Shown: in pieces, positions 47,428-59,819 of the stretch | How the letters are laid out: the number at the start of each line of letters is the position of its first letter | Position numbering within the stretch: the first letter of the stretch is position 1 | DNA from: Hydrolagus colliei | Taxonomy: Eukaryota | Assembly (NCBI GenBank): GCA_035084275.1 | Contig: CM068779.1 | Coordinates: 1,550,001 to 1,614,000 of the forward strand | Length of the DNA: 64,000 nucleotides | Reading direction: 5' to 3' | Translations under genes and position numbers: made by a program | Notes under the pieces: generated by a model | Databases searched by the model: none | What the model saw: the letters and a program-made list of their open reading frames with translations, nothing else | What the model was told of the DNA's origin: nothing

Positions 47428-50400
47428 ACAACAACAACAATTTACATTTATATAGCGCCTTTCAATTCGGGAGGACGTCCCAAGGCGCTGAACAAGAGGA
47501 GAATGACCCGAGCTGGGAGGGGAGTGTTTGGGAAGGGGTGAAACACGAAGGGGAGGTAAAAGAGTTCGGGGTGGAACTAAAAGCACGATCGAAGAGGAAA
47601 GTCTTCAATTCGGCCTTGAAAGAGGAAAGGGAAGAGGCGAAACGGAGGGATTGAGGGATGGTATTCCATAAGGTGGGAGCAGAGAAACTGAAAGCCTGGC
47701 CTCCGATGGTGGGGCGGTTCGGGCGGGGGGCTTGGAGCAGGCCAAGTCCTGTTGAACGGAGGGTCCGGGTGGGCGTGTAGGGGGAGAGTAGATGGGTTAG
47801 GTAGGATGGGGCAAGGCCGTGTAAGGCCTTGTAGGTGAGGACGAGGATCTTGAACTCGATCCTCTGGAGGATGGGGAGCCAGTGGAGACGGGCGAGGGTG
47901 GGGGTTATGTGGTCACGGAGGCGGGTGCGGGATAGTACACGGGCTGCAGAGTTTTTGATGGCCTGCAGCCTGTGAATGGAGGAACTGGGGAGGCCGACTA
48001 GGAGAGAGTTTCCGTAATCCAACCGTGAGGTGATGTACGCGTGCACGAGTGTTTCGGCAGCGCGGGGGGTAAGATAGTTGCGGAGCCTGGCAATGTTGCG
48101 CAGATGGAAATAGGCGGTGCCGGTCAAGGCGCGGATGTGGGGGAGGAAGGAAAGTTTTTGATCGAACATGATGCCGAGGTTCCTGATTGGCTTTGTGAGG
48201 TGGAGAGTGCAGCCTAGGATGTTGAGGCTGGCAGCGCCCGATGTGCGGAGGCGCTGGCTTGAGCCAATCAGGAGGGCCTCGGTCTTATTCACATTCAATT
48301 GCAAAAAGTTGTCCCTCGTCCAGGATTCGATGTCGGACAGACATGCTGTCAGAACATCGATCGTCTGGGGGTTGAGGGATGAGGCAGAAAGGTACAACTG
48401 GATGTCGTCCGCATACATGTGGAAATATACCCCATGTTTGCGTATGACATCGCCCAGAGGGAGCGTGTAAATGGTGAAAAGGAGGGAGCCGAGGACAGAG
48501 CCCTGAGGGACGCCGTGGGAAACTGTGCGGGGGTTTGAAGAAAAGCCATTGGAAGAAACAAAATGTAAACGGTGGGTCAAATAAGAACGGAACCATTCAA
48601 GGACTGTGCCTTAAGGTTGAGGTGGGAGGAAAGACGTTGAAGGAGGATGGTGTGATCGACTGTGTCGAACGCAGCAGACAGGTCAAGGAGGACGAGGAGG
48701 CAGAGGGAGCCCTGGTCACAGGCGGTTAGGATGTCATTTGTGACCTTGACCAGGGCAGTTTCTGTGCTGTGGATAGGGCGGAAACCTGATTGGAGGGATT
48801 CAAGAAGTGAGTGATTTGAAAGGAAAGAGCGGAGCTGGGAGGCAACCACTCTTTCAAGGACCTTGGATAGAAACGGGAGGTTGGAGATGGGTCGATAACT
48901 TGATGGTTGCGACGTATCAAGGGAGGGTTTCTTCAGGATAGGGGTGATGGTGGCTGTTTTAAGGGAGGTAGGGACGGTTCCTGAGGAGAGGGAAAGGTTA
49001 ATGGTGTCAGAAATGAGTGGGGCTAACAAATGGAGCTGGGTGCGGAGGAGGGGGGTGGGGATGGGGTCCAATGAGCACGTGGTGGGTTTCATGGAGGTGA
49101 TTGTTTTTGTGACTGAAAGCGGGGTGGTGGGGTTGAAAGTGTGAAATGGGGGGTGAGTAGGGGTTGAGGTAACTGATGAGGGCGCGGAGGTGGAGGAGTG
49201 GTGGGTGGAGGAAACCGCAGAGCGGATTTTCTCAATTTTGGACTCGAGGAAATCCAGCATCTCCTCACAACGAACGTTTGAGGAGAGGATCTGCGAGGTG
49301 AGGCGGGGGGGTGGGGGGGGGCAGGAGCTGGTTGGTGGTGGCGAAGAGGAGGCGGTGGTTGTCCTTCGCTTCCAGGATTATCCTGGAGTAGAAGGCTGAT
49401 TTGGCGGTGGCTAGGGCGGTGCGGTAAAATTTGATGCGGTCCAGCCAGATTTGCCGGTGGACCATGAGGCCAGATTTGAGCCAGGTGCGTTCAACTGCTC
49501 TCACTTGTCTTTTGAGGGAACGGAGGTGAGATGTGTACCACGGTGATGATCGGGAATGGGAGACGGTTTTGGAGGTGAGGGGGGCCAGGGTGTCAAGGGT
49601 AGTGGAGAGGGTGTTGTGGAGGGCGGTGGAGGCGGAGGATGGGTCTCTACAAAAAGAATGCCATTGTGGGAGGAGGTCGGAGGTTTCTAGGGCAGAGGTG
49701 AAAGTTTGAGGGGGAATCTTCTTCCAGGGCCGGTAGAAGATGGTGGTGGGTTTGGAAGTGGAGGGGGGAGGGATAGAGGTGTTGCAGGAAATGAAAAAAT
49801 GGTCAGAAATGGCCTTGTCTGTGATGGTGACGCCAGAGACGTTGAGGCCTCGGGTGATCACCAGATCGAGAGGATGGCCGTGAGTGTGGGTGGCAATGTT
49901 GATATGAAGGGAGAAGTTGAAAGACGAAAGTAAAGAAGAAAATTCAGAGGAAATGGGGCAGGAGGGTGTGAAATGGAGGTTGAAATCGCCAAGAATAATA
50001 AGGCGATCAGAGGAGGCACAAAGGGAAGTTAAAAGTGAAGAAAAGTCTGAGATGAAAGTGGGGGAGGGTTTGGGGGGGCGATAAACTTGTAGGATTTTGA
50101 AAGAACTGTGGGAGGAGTGAGAAAGGGTGAGATGTTCAAAAGAGGGGAAGGAGCCGGAGGAATAGGGGGATAGGGCGAGGGATGACTTTGAGATGAGGGC
50201 CACGCCACCGCCACGACGGTTGGGTCGAGGAGCATGGTGGAATGTGTAGTTGGGTGGTGTGGCTTCAACAAGGGGGAAAGTGTCGCCTGGGGTGATCCAA
50301 GTCTCCGTCAGGGCCATGATGTCAACGTTCTCACCAAGGATGAGATCCTTGATACTGGAACAGAGGGAAGCGGTGGGAGGGTCGAGCAGGGACAGTAAAC

Positions 50401-51121
50401 GAGGAGGGCGAAGAGAAAGAAGGGTAGAGAAGGAATAACGGAGAGGGAGGGTTGGGGGGAAAAGCTTGAATAGGGGGAGGGAAGCTCGGGTCATGGCAGC
50501 AGCCATATTGCGCATGCGAGAGACCAGGAGCGAGGGTCAATGGGGCGGCATCATCCCAAGGGATATTAGGCCGCGGCTGGGAGATGCAGAGGCGCTGCGG
50601 TCTGAAGCCTGACCGGGGCTGCGGCCGAGGCTGGGGTTGTGGGTTTTAGGGCCAGTTTAGGGCTGCGTGTGTCCGGGCTATGGGTCGCCGCATCGAGGCT
50701 GGAGCCGGGACCAGGGCCGTTAGTCTCGTGGCTGTGGGTCTTGGAGCCAGGGCTGTGTGACACGAAGCCGTTGGTCGCGGGGCTGGTCTTGGAGCCGGGA
50801 CTGTGTGACACGGAGCTGGAGCCAGGGGTGCGTGTCACGAAGCCGGGGGTGCGGGTTCTGGGGATGTGGCTGTGGCTGGGTCTGGGTCTGGGGCCGGGGG
50901 TCCTGGGACTGTGGCCGGAGCCGGGGCTGTGAGTCTCGGGGCTGGAGCCAAGTCTGTGGCTGTGGGTCTTGGGGCTGGGGATGGTGCCGGGGCTGGAGCG
51001 GGTTGAAGGGCTGTGGGTCGGGTCAGGTCAGGTCGAGCAATCTCTGCCATATGCTATATGATCTTAATGCACAGAGACAGAGACAGCTATAGACCCGTGT
51101 GTCCCTCTCGCCGCCATTTTG
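47428..51121 (-). mobile_element. Probable full-length single-ORF L2 LINE (EN+RT), two frameshifts
   Basis: Segments 49265-50515 (ALTETW, GDFN, SDH), 48577-49260, 47462-48580 (GVPQGS, YADD); aacca TSD at 47423-47427 and 51122-51126; empty site at ~1455-1470. Confidence 0.95.
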
Positions 51122-52392
51122 AACCAGACTCAAACCAGGCGAGTGCGGTCCCACTGATAATTCTACATTATTATATATAGTTATACGTATTTGCACTAGT
51201 GTTTGTGCCTATGCTGCTTAATCCCATACACTCTATTCTGAAAGTAATTTGAAAGCTTTTGAAAGTCTGGCATTGCTTTCCTTATTTGTCAAACCCAAAT
51301 ATGATTTTTTGAGGTCAGCCTGGCAGCCAAACTCCAGCAGTTACCCTTTGGGTTCTGATGCCTTGGCACGTGCCTAATGCTCTCCGGAATTGGAAAAAGA
51401 GGATGCATCCAACCAGGGAGTGAGTGTGCATTCCATTCCAATACAGTAATTGGGAATTTTCATGTGTAATTGGTGGCATGGAACTGTCAGTCTGATTTAG
51501 ATCATGGTATACAGGGTGATGGGTTTCCGCATGTTTCAATACACCCAGCTGACCAAAAGACTTTTCATGTCAAAAGGTCTAAAAGTGTTTCACACGAGAG
51601 CAGAGGCCAGACTGCACTACTGCAAACCGTAATTAATTCCTTCTGCAAAACCTAGATTTACCATCAGCGAACACAGAAGTGGTTCCAATGTCCTATTTAA
51701 TCCTTTCAGAATACCAGCCTCAAAATACCAACCAACCTCTCATCATTTCTTAAACTGTTTGCCTTCACCAAATCTTAAAGATGCTTTCCTGTAACTAGCA
51801 GTAAGTATAGGATCCAAATTATTAGTTCATTGTTGGATTACTTTTTCAGGGGTAAACATTCATTCCAATAATAATAATTTGATCACTCCACAGGATGGAA
51901 CCATGGACAAGCTTCTCTGTCCACACACACACATACACACACACAAACACCTCTGTCTACCCAGTACGTAGTAAGTAGGAACCAGATTGTTGGATTGCTT
52001 TTCTGGGGGTAACAATCCATTCAAAAATAACTAATAATAATAATAATTTGGTCATTCAATCCACAAATGTTTGTCGGACGTCTCTGTGCACAATCGCCCA
52101 CAAAACACATACACTTTACAGCATGTTCTATAAAGCGCTTTGAGACGTTGTGAAGACATGATAAGGCCTTTTATTATAATCTATTCTATGATCATTCCCA
52201 ATTCACATCTGTTGAGGTTGAACCATCAGATCATGAGCAGCTCATCCAGTTGTCTGGATATAAAACATTTTGTTTGAACATGTGAATATGAGTCTTCTCC
52301 CTAAACATGGTGACCAGGTTAGTGACAAATACCCTGGAACATGAATGGCACATAGATAGGTTATTGTTAAATAGAACTGTTACTGTACTTAC

Positions 52393-52704
52393 CCAGCACT
52401 GTCAGGGTGATTGTCGCTGATGCCTTTTGGTTAGTGGCTGAGGTCATGATTACAGTGTACTCTCCAGCGTCAGTATAATTCACAGATTTTAGCTGGAGAG
52501 ACCCAGTGGAGAGTAACACTCGGTCTTGGTAAATACGGTTTACACTTCCACCTTCATTTGGAAACCAGTCACAAACAAACACAGTCCCGAAACTCCAGTC
52601 AGCACTCCTCACCTCACCAGACGGTTTCACTGTAAGCTCAGCTGTACCCCCGACAGGGGCTGTAATGGGATTGTGTGGGACAGTGATGGTGAACTGGGCT
52701 GTAA
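52393..52704 (-). CDS. CEACAM-like N1 exon
   Basis: 312 nt phase 1-1, intact splice sites; ...WSFGTVFVCDWFPNEGG...DAGEYTV. Confidence 0.85.
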
Positions 52705-52900
52705 CTGGAGAGAGAGAAGATCATATTAACGACAGCGAGGCATCGGCTGAATACACATCTACACAGTCCGTCCTCACTGATGCCCTCTCTCTCTCTCTCT
52801 CTCTATTGTAGGGACGTGGTCAGCAACTTCTCCCTGTCTCTATCATTAAATCATCTTCAATAAACTCCCAACTGAGAGCTAGTGACAAAGTGAGACTCAC

Positions 52901-52952
52901 CCACACATACACAGCAGCAAAGGGCAAATACCCCGAGCAGTGCTGTCTGCAT
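52901..52952 (-). CDS. Signal-peptide exon (MQTALLGVFALCCCVCV)
   Basis: Intact ATG and donor; four 30-bp repeats upstream at 52961-53080. Confidence 0.85.
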
Positions 52953-54372
52953 CCTGGCCTCAGCCTGTGTCCTGGTCTCTGGTCACTGAGCAGCCTGTGT
53001 CCTGGTCTCTGGTCACTGAGCAGCCTGTGTCCTGGTCTCTGGTCACTGAGCAGCCTGTGTCCTGGTCTCTGGTCACTGAGCAGCCTGTGCTGGTTACACT
53101 CAGTCAGTCAGTAGCGTTATCTCTTCTCCCAGCTCTGCACTTATTGAGCAAATAGGGAGTAGGGAGTGGGTGGGGACTGACTGAAGTGGTCCCTGGCCAC
53201 TGATATGTAATGTCTCAGATATTTCAAGTCAAAACATGGTTTGAACAAAAACAGAAGTTGCTGCGGAAGCTCAGCAGGTCAGGCAGCGTCCATGGAGAGA
53301 GGAAAAGGAATCCAGGGGAAGGGGAAGGAGAGTGGGAAAGGTGGGAGAGTTAGTGGGGCAGCCGAAGGCGCGGTCGAAGAAGAAGGTCTTGAGACCGGCC
53401 TTGAAGGAGGAAAGGGAGGAAGCGAGGTGGAGGGGCTGTGGGATGGAGTTCCACAGTGTGGGGGTAGAGAGGCTGAAAGTCCGGCCGCCGATGGTTGGGG
53501 GGTTAGGGCGGTGGACACGGAGCAGGCCTGAGTCTGCTGAACAGAGGGGACGAGCACAGGCTGATAGGGAGACAGCGGGTCAGAGATATAGGCGGGGGCA
53601 AGGCCGTCAATGGCCTTAAACGTGAGGACGAGGATTTTGAATGGGGGAATGGGGAGCCAGTGGAGATGGGCGAGGGTGGGAGTGATATGGTCGCGGAGCC
53701 TGGTGTGGGAGAGAGAGTGCGCAAGCGACAGATTCCCGAACAATCTGCATCTTGTGAAGGGAAGAGCTGGGAAGGCCGACGAGGAGGGAGTTCCCGTAGT
53801 CGAGCTTAGATGTGATCAACGCGTGGGCAACCATCAGTTCCCGAGCAGCTCAACATACATTTGTCTGGACTTTTAACATCCTCCATCGAAATGTTAACAC
53901 AGGCAGAGAGGATTTCAGTTTCAATGTCTGGCTCAAGGCAGCATCGTAGTGGCTTCTCAGCCAAAGAACTCAGTTGACACCAACCCCAGTCCGAAACCTG
54001 ACAATGTTTTCCTATTATGATTGCGTAATTGTTCTCGAATCCAGGCAGGATTCAGGGCGAAACCTTGGGAAGGTTTCCTTACTCCACACACACACACACA
54101 CATCTAATAATAATCCATCCCAAAAAAACCACCATAATAAAATTGGTCATTTTCAACCCACTGTTTGTGGGGGACGCTGCCGGGCGCAGTCGGCTGCCGC
54201 GTTCCGCCCACAAACATACAGTCATTTCACTACAGTATATTCTGTGAAGCGCTTTTGAGACGTCTGGAAGGCGTGAAAAGCTCTTTATCAAATGCGAGGA
54301 TTATCATTGCTATCATTAACTGAGAGCTCGTGAGACAGACAGACACAGCGCAATATCAAATGAAAGGAGCAT

Positions 54373-54769
54373 AGATTCATAGATTCATAGAATTTTACGG
54401 CACAAAAGGAGGCCATTCGGCCCATCTAGTCTGTGCCGGCTCTTTGAACAGAGCGATTCAATCCCACTGCCCTGCCCGCTCCCCATAGCCTAATAGACCT
54501 GTTCTCCCTAAATAAAGATCTAATTCCCTTTTAAAAGTTGTTATCAAATCAGCCTCCACCACCTTTTCAGGCAATGCATTCCAGATTCCAACAACTCGCT
54601 GAGTGAAAACATTTCTCCTCAGCTCCCCTCTACTTCGCCTTGAAACTATTTTAAATCTGTGACCACGAGTCACAGATTCACCCACGAGTGGAAATCGTTT
54701 TTCTCTATTTGCCCTGTCGCTCGAAACCCCTCATGATCTTATAAACCTCTATTAGGTCTCCCCTCAATC
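54373..54769 (-). mobile_element. Young CR1 3' fragment, near-identical to 3895-4288
   Basis: Absent from the paralogous intron at ~41420 (ggagcat|tattat). Confidence 0.92.
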
Positions 54770-54857
54770 ATGATTATTATCATTTTGTGTGACGATGTTA
54801 ATTTAAATCTCCCTAAACTTGGTGACCAGGTTAGTGTTAAATGGAACTGTTACTTAC

Positions 54858-55169
54858 CCTTCACTTTCAGGGTGACTGTCGCTTTTGCTTCGGTGCCAGT
54901 GTGTGAGAGCATGGTCACGGTGTAAAACCCAGCGTCACTAGATTTCACAGCCTTTATCTGGAGAGACCCAGAGGGGAGTAACACAGCCCGGGCTTGGTAA
55001 GAAGGGGACATATTTGTTGATGATACAAACCAACGGCAAACAAGCACGTGGCCGAAATACCATTCACCACTCCGCACCCCATAATTTGCTTTGACTGTAA
55101 GCTCAGCTGTACCCCCGACAGGGACTGTAATAGTATCGCGTGGGACAGTGATGGTGAACTGGGCTGTAA
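54858..55169 (-). CDS. CEACAM-like N2 exon
   Basis: 312 nt phase 1-1; ...KANYGVRSGEWYFGHVLVCRWFVSS...DAGFYTV. Confidence 0.85.
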
Positions 55170-55353
55170 CTGGAGAGAGAGATCATATTAACGACAGCGA
55201 GGCATCGACTGAATACACATCTACACAGTCCGTCTTGACTGATGCCCTCTCTCTCTCTATTGTAGGGACTGGTCAGCAACTTCTCCCTGTCTCTATCGTT
55301 AAATCATCTTCAATAAACTCCCAACTGAGAGCTAGTGAGAAACTGAGACTCAC

Positions 55354-55405
55354 CCGCACATACACAGCAGCAAAGGGCAACTACCCCGAGCAGTGCTGTC
55401 TGCAT
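55354..55405 (-). CDS. Signal-peptide exon
   Basis: MQTALLGVVALCCCVCA; three 30-bp repeats upstream at 55414-55503. Confidence 0.85.
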
Positions 55406-55669
55406 CCTGGCCTCAGCCTGTGTCCTGGTCTCTGGTCACTGAGCAGCCTGTGTCCTGGTCTCTGGTCACTGAGCAGCCTGTGTCCTGGTCTCTGGTCACT
55501 GAGCAGCCTGTGCTGGTTACACTCAGTCAGTCAGTAGAGTTTTCTCTTCTCCCAGCTCTGCACTTATTGAGCAAATAGGGAGTAGGGAGTGGGTGGGGAC
55601 TGACTGAAGTGGTCCCTGGCCACTGATATGTAATGTCTCAGACATTTCAAGTCAAAACATGGTTTGAAC

Positions 55670-55881
55670 AAAAACAGAAGTTGCTGCGGAAGCTCAGAAG
55701 GTCAGGCAGCATCCATGGAGAGAGGAAAAGGAATCCACGCTTCATCAGGACGAAGGGTTGTAGACCCGAAACGTCGACTCCTTTTCCTCTCTCCATGGAT
55801 GCTGCCTGACCTGCTGAGTTTCCCCAGCAACTTTTGTTTTTGTTTCAGATTCCCAGCGTCTGTAGCGTTTTGTGTTTTGTT
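55670..55881. mobile_element. Penelope-like-element-derived hairpin insertion
   Basis: ~60-bp inverted arms around gacgaagggttgtagacccgaaacgtcgac; 11-bp TSD atggtttgaac; related remnants at ~53247-53313 and ~59262-59385. Confidence 0.6.
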
Positions 55882-56899
55882 ATGGTTTGAACGAAGGCTG
55901 GAACAGGAGCCCGGAAAAGGAATAATGATAATTTGGTCACTTAACACACGGCTGTGTTTCCTCCACAAAATACGTTGTCTATTAACATTACAGTATATCC
56001 TGGGACGTTTAATGACATAAAGCTTTTCACGTCGTCCAGACGCCTCAAAGCGCGTCACAGAATATTCTGTAAAGTGAATTGACTGTACAGTTTGTGGGCA
56101 AAACGCGGCAGCCAATTGCGCACAGCAGTGTCCCCCCACAAACAGTCGTGCGTTGAAATGACCGATTTTATTATTGTGGTTTTTTTTGGAGGGATTATTA
56201 TCAGGCGTGTGTGTGTGTGTGTGTGTGGAGTAAGGAAACTTGTCAAAGATTTCGCCCTGACCTGCCTGGATTCGCGGAGCAGGCCTGAGTCTGCTGAACG
56301 GAGCCTCTCACGTTCGGGAGGACGTCCCAAAGCGTTGGTTGCGCCCCCGAGCTGAACGGACGAGATCAGACACCTAAAGGCCTCTCATTTATTGTTCGTT
56401 TAACATTGTGAGGTTCGCTATTCCATTGTTCGCCCGCGGGTGGAAAGGGGGCACAACGGCATTAGGACCTGGGAGTGAGCGAGAGAGAGAGAGAGAGAGA
56501 GAGCCAGCCAGCAGCGAATGAGTGAGCCAGTCAGAGAGCGAGTATCAATATATTCTAAAGTGAATTGGCTGTGTATATGTGGTTGAACTGTGACAGCCTC
56601 AGTTGAGTTGCGATGGCTCAGCTGAGAGGTGGAAGAGGACAGGTTGATATGGGGTCAGAGGGTGGCAGAGGTAGGGAGCAGCAAGCAATGTTTAGGACCA
56701 CAACTGTGCATGGAAGTGAACTGGACAAGTGTTGGAAGCTGATACATGTGAAGGGTATGGGGGAAGATCACACATTAGGATTAGAACTTTAGCTTTAGGA
56801 GGGGTTGTCAGTGCAGATTTAACGGCTTTCAATCGTCTGCAGTGATGTACAATAAAGCAACGACACATAACAATATCATCTTCCTTCACTTTCCAACAG

Positions 56900-57008
56900 G
56901 AATTACCACAAGTACCTGGTCCAGATGCCAATGTTCAGACCCTGGAGTCTTGGACGTCTGACTCAGAGCTCACAACTCTGAGTGAATAAGATCAGGCAAG
57001 TCAACAAG
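56900..57008 (+). pseudogene. Orphan terminal cytoplasmic exon (ELPQVPGPDANVQTLESWTSDSELTTLSE*)
   Basis: Inverted paralog of 11220-11244 with extra sequence; no upstream plus-strand TM exon found. Confidence 0.5.
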
Positions 57009-59819
57009 GTACATCATAATAATAATAATAAGAAGATAATCCTAATTTGGGGAATTGATGGCCAGGGAACTGGCAGAATCTCCATTGTCTTGTTGTCGAG
57101 TTGTCATCTCTTTGGAGCATTAATAACCCGGCTTTGATTAATTTAACACTGCCCCTTCTCCAGTGCTGTATTTATACTGTCTAACTGTATTTACTGTCTA
57201 ACAGTTACAACATGTAAGGCGAAGGGGTTGAGGGAGAGAGTCCCAAAGCTTCGGGGGCATAATGGCTCAAAGCATATTTTGTTTGAGGTGCCTGGATTAA
57301 AGTGACCAAATTACAGTATTATTGGTTCGTTTGAAGGGATTTCGGAAGCATTTCCTAATGTGGAGTGATGAACCAACAATCTTCTGACTCAGAGCTGAGA
57401 GTGCAACCAACTGAGGCAGGTTGACACTGATCACGTATCTACTGATTGTTTCAATGGGACCTCATAGTAACTGGCAATAAATTAGATTATAATGTTAAAT
57501 ACAGTATAATCTCACTGAACCTCATACAGTATTAACTTACAGCTTTATTTATAGTAAGTTTTGCTCTGTTTATTCCAATTCACATTGGAAATCTGATCTG
57601 TACAATCTAACGTTGATTGTGAGTGTCATGTGTTTGTTGACTTTGAGCCTCTGGATAATCATCAAAACAACTTATTTCGTGGCATTTAAATGTACAATAG
57701 ATGTTTCATGTCAGGAAGACATCCCAAGGCTCTGGACAGTCAGTCAGACTCGAGCTGGGGTCGGGATCGGGGAGGGGGGAGGAGAGGGGATTGGTCTCCG
57801 ACGAGACCATTGAAGACGAAGATCTTGAGGTGGGACTTGAAGGAGGCCAGGGAGGGGGGAGAGGCTGCGGATTGGAACTCCAAAGGTTGGGGGCCGAATG
57901 GCTTCTCTACTGAAAGACTGCTACTGGAACTTTGTTGGATTCTTTATTTGGCAGGAGATGTATCTGCACATCTACACAGCAAGGTCCAGTCTCCATCTCT
58001 GCCCTCACACTCTGAAACTCCATCCCACAGTCTCTTCACCTCACTTTCTTCCTCGCCTCTCGAGGGTCTCAAGACCCTCCTCTTCGATCGTGCCTTCTGC
58101 TGCCCTCCCAACTCTGTCCCTCCCCTCCTAATTCTCTCCCCACTTCCCTGCCCCTCACCCTTGCTTGGATCCCGACCTGACTGTTCAGCTCCTTGGGACA
58201 TGAAGGACGCTCCATAAATCTTGTTGTTCGTCTTGTTCTTACAGTCTTGTGGCTACTATCTTCACTGTCGACTGTTTTTCCTACCTTATCGCACACATTA
58301 ATCTCTATACCCCCATCACCCCAGCCCTCGCCAGGCTCCCCTGGCTCCCCATCGCACACTAAACTCTCTCCCCCCATCACCCCAGCCCTCGCTAGTCTCC
58401 GTGTCAGGCTGAGAATTCCGTGCTTTCCATGGAAATTCCCAGAGATGGATTTCCTGAGTGGCTTCCGTCTGTGCTGTAAATGTCTTTATGTGTCTCTGGT
58501 TTTATGTCTCTGGTGTCTGTACAGAGCCTCTCACGTCAGGAGGACGTCCCGAAGTGTTGGTTGGGCCCCTGAGCTGAAGGGATGAGATCAGACACCAAAA
58601 GGCCTTTCTGTCTCCAAACTAACCTTGTGATCTTGTGCCCAGCTCAACCTTCCCTCTTGAAGCAGCTAATTGTCATTGTGTAATAGCGCTGCTCTGCCAG
58701 ACGGTGGGGCTGTTACACTGTAACTCACCCACAGCTTGATGTGATCATTGAGATCCTGTCATTGTGAACTCACAGCTAAACACCAACTCACATTGGGTTT
58801 CTAACCCTGTGGTTTCTGTCTTGATCAATGACATTCAGACCTTTGTTGGGCAGTCAGGGAGCTGCCATTCACCTCATGGTTTTGGTCGTTCGCTTCACAG
58901 CTGTGTGTGGGATATCACTGCGTCTAAACCAGCTGCCACATTCACCTGCTAAATACACAGTCACTACACTTGACAGTAAAACATCCTGTAACGCACTTTG
59001 AGATGTTCTCCAGGCTGCATCAGCCTTGCCCTTGATACAGTGTATCAGAGGCAAGGGTTAAGATCACATTGTCCAACCACTATTTGGTAAGACAAAGGTA
59101 AAGGAAAAAAAAAGAGTGCGTTAACTCATGGGTTGAATATGTGTTGACCACTTCAGGGGGAGAAACAGAAGGGGGTGGGTTTCAACGAAACTGTCTCCTT
59201 TGCCTTCCATGTCCTGCCTCTCCCCCTTTAACGTCCCGAAGAAACCTCTCCCTCCAAACATGCCCCAGTCCTGACGAAGGTCTGTAGGCCCGAATCGTTG
59301 ACCCCTTTCCCTCTCTCCATGGATGCTGCCTGACCTGCTGAGTTCTGTTTGTGTTTCAGATTCCCAGCGTCTGCGGTACCTTATGTGTTGCCTCTATTTA
59401 CCAACTGAATGAAGTAGGGATCCAGTAGTTAATCGATTAGCCTGTAAACAGAATCGCTCGTGTGTGTGTGTGTGCGCGTGCGTGTGGAAGGAAACTTTGC
59501 CAAACGTTTCCCAGTGGTTTCTTCCCGGTTTCCGTCACTTCCGATGGCCAGCTGGCGAGCCAGATGAGGGGGTAACTTTGGACAGGGATGGCGCTGACAA
59601 CGAGGGAACTGTGGTTCATGTAAAGACGGTATCAGGGAATTTACGTCCGGGATTCGAGGTCGGCAAGTGATCACTCCATGGCCCTCACTCCCTCCCCACC
59701 CCCCTCCCCTCCCCCACTCCTCCTCCTCTCCTTCCCTCTGCCATCTCCTAAACCACCCCCTCTATCAACCCGTCCACTCTCTCGGCTCAGTGGGCTCTGG
59801 TTGGCTTCACATCCCCCAC

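Noticed and set aside
52961-53080. CRISPR-like repeat array
   Set aside because: Head-to-tail 30-mers with no spacers in a eukaryotic 5' UTR.
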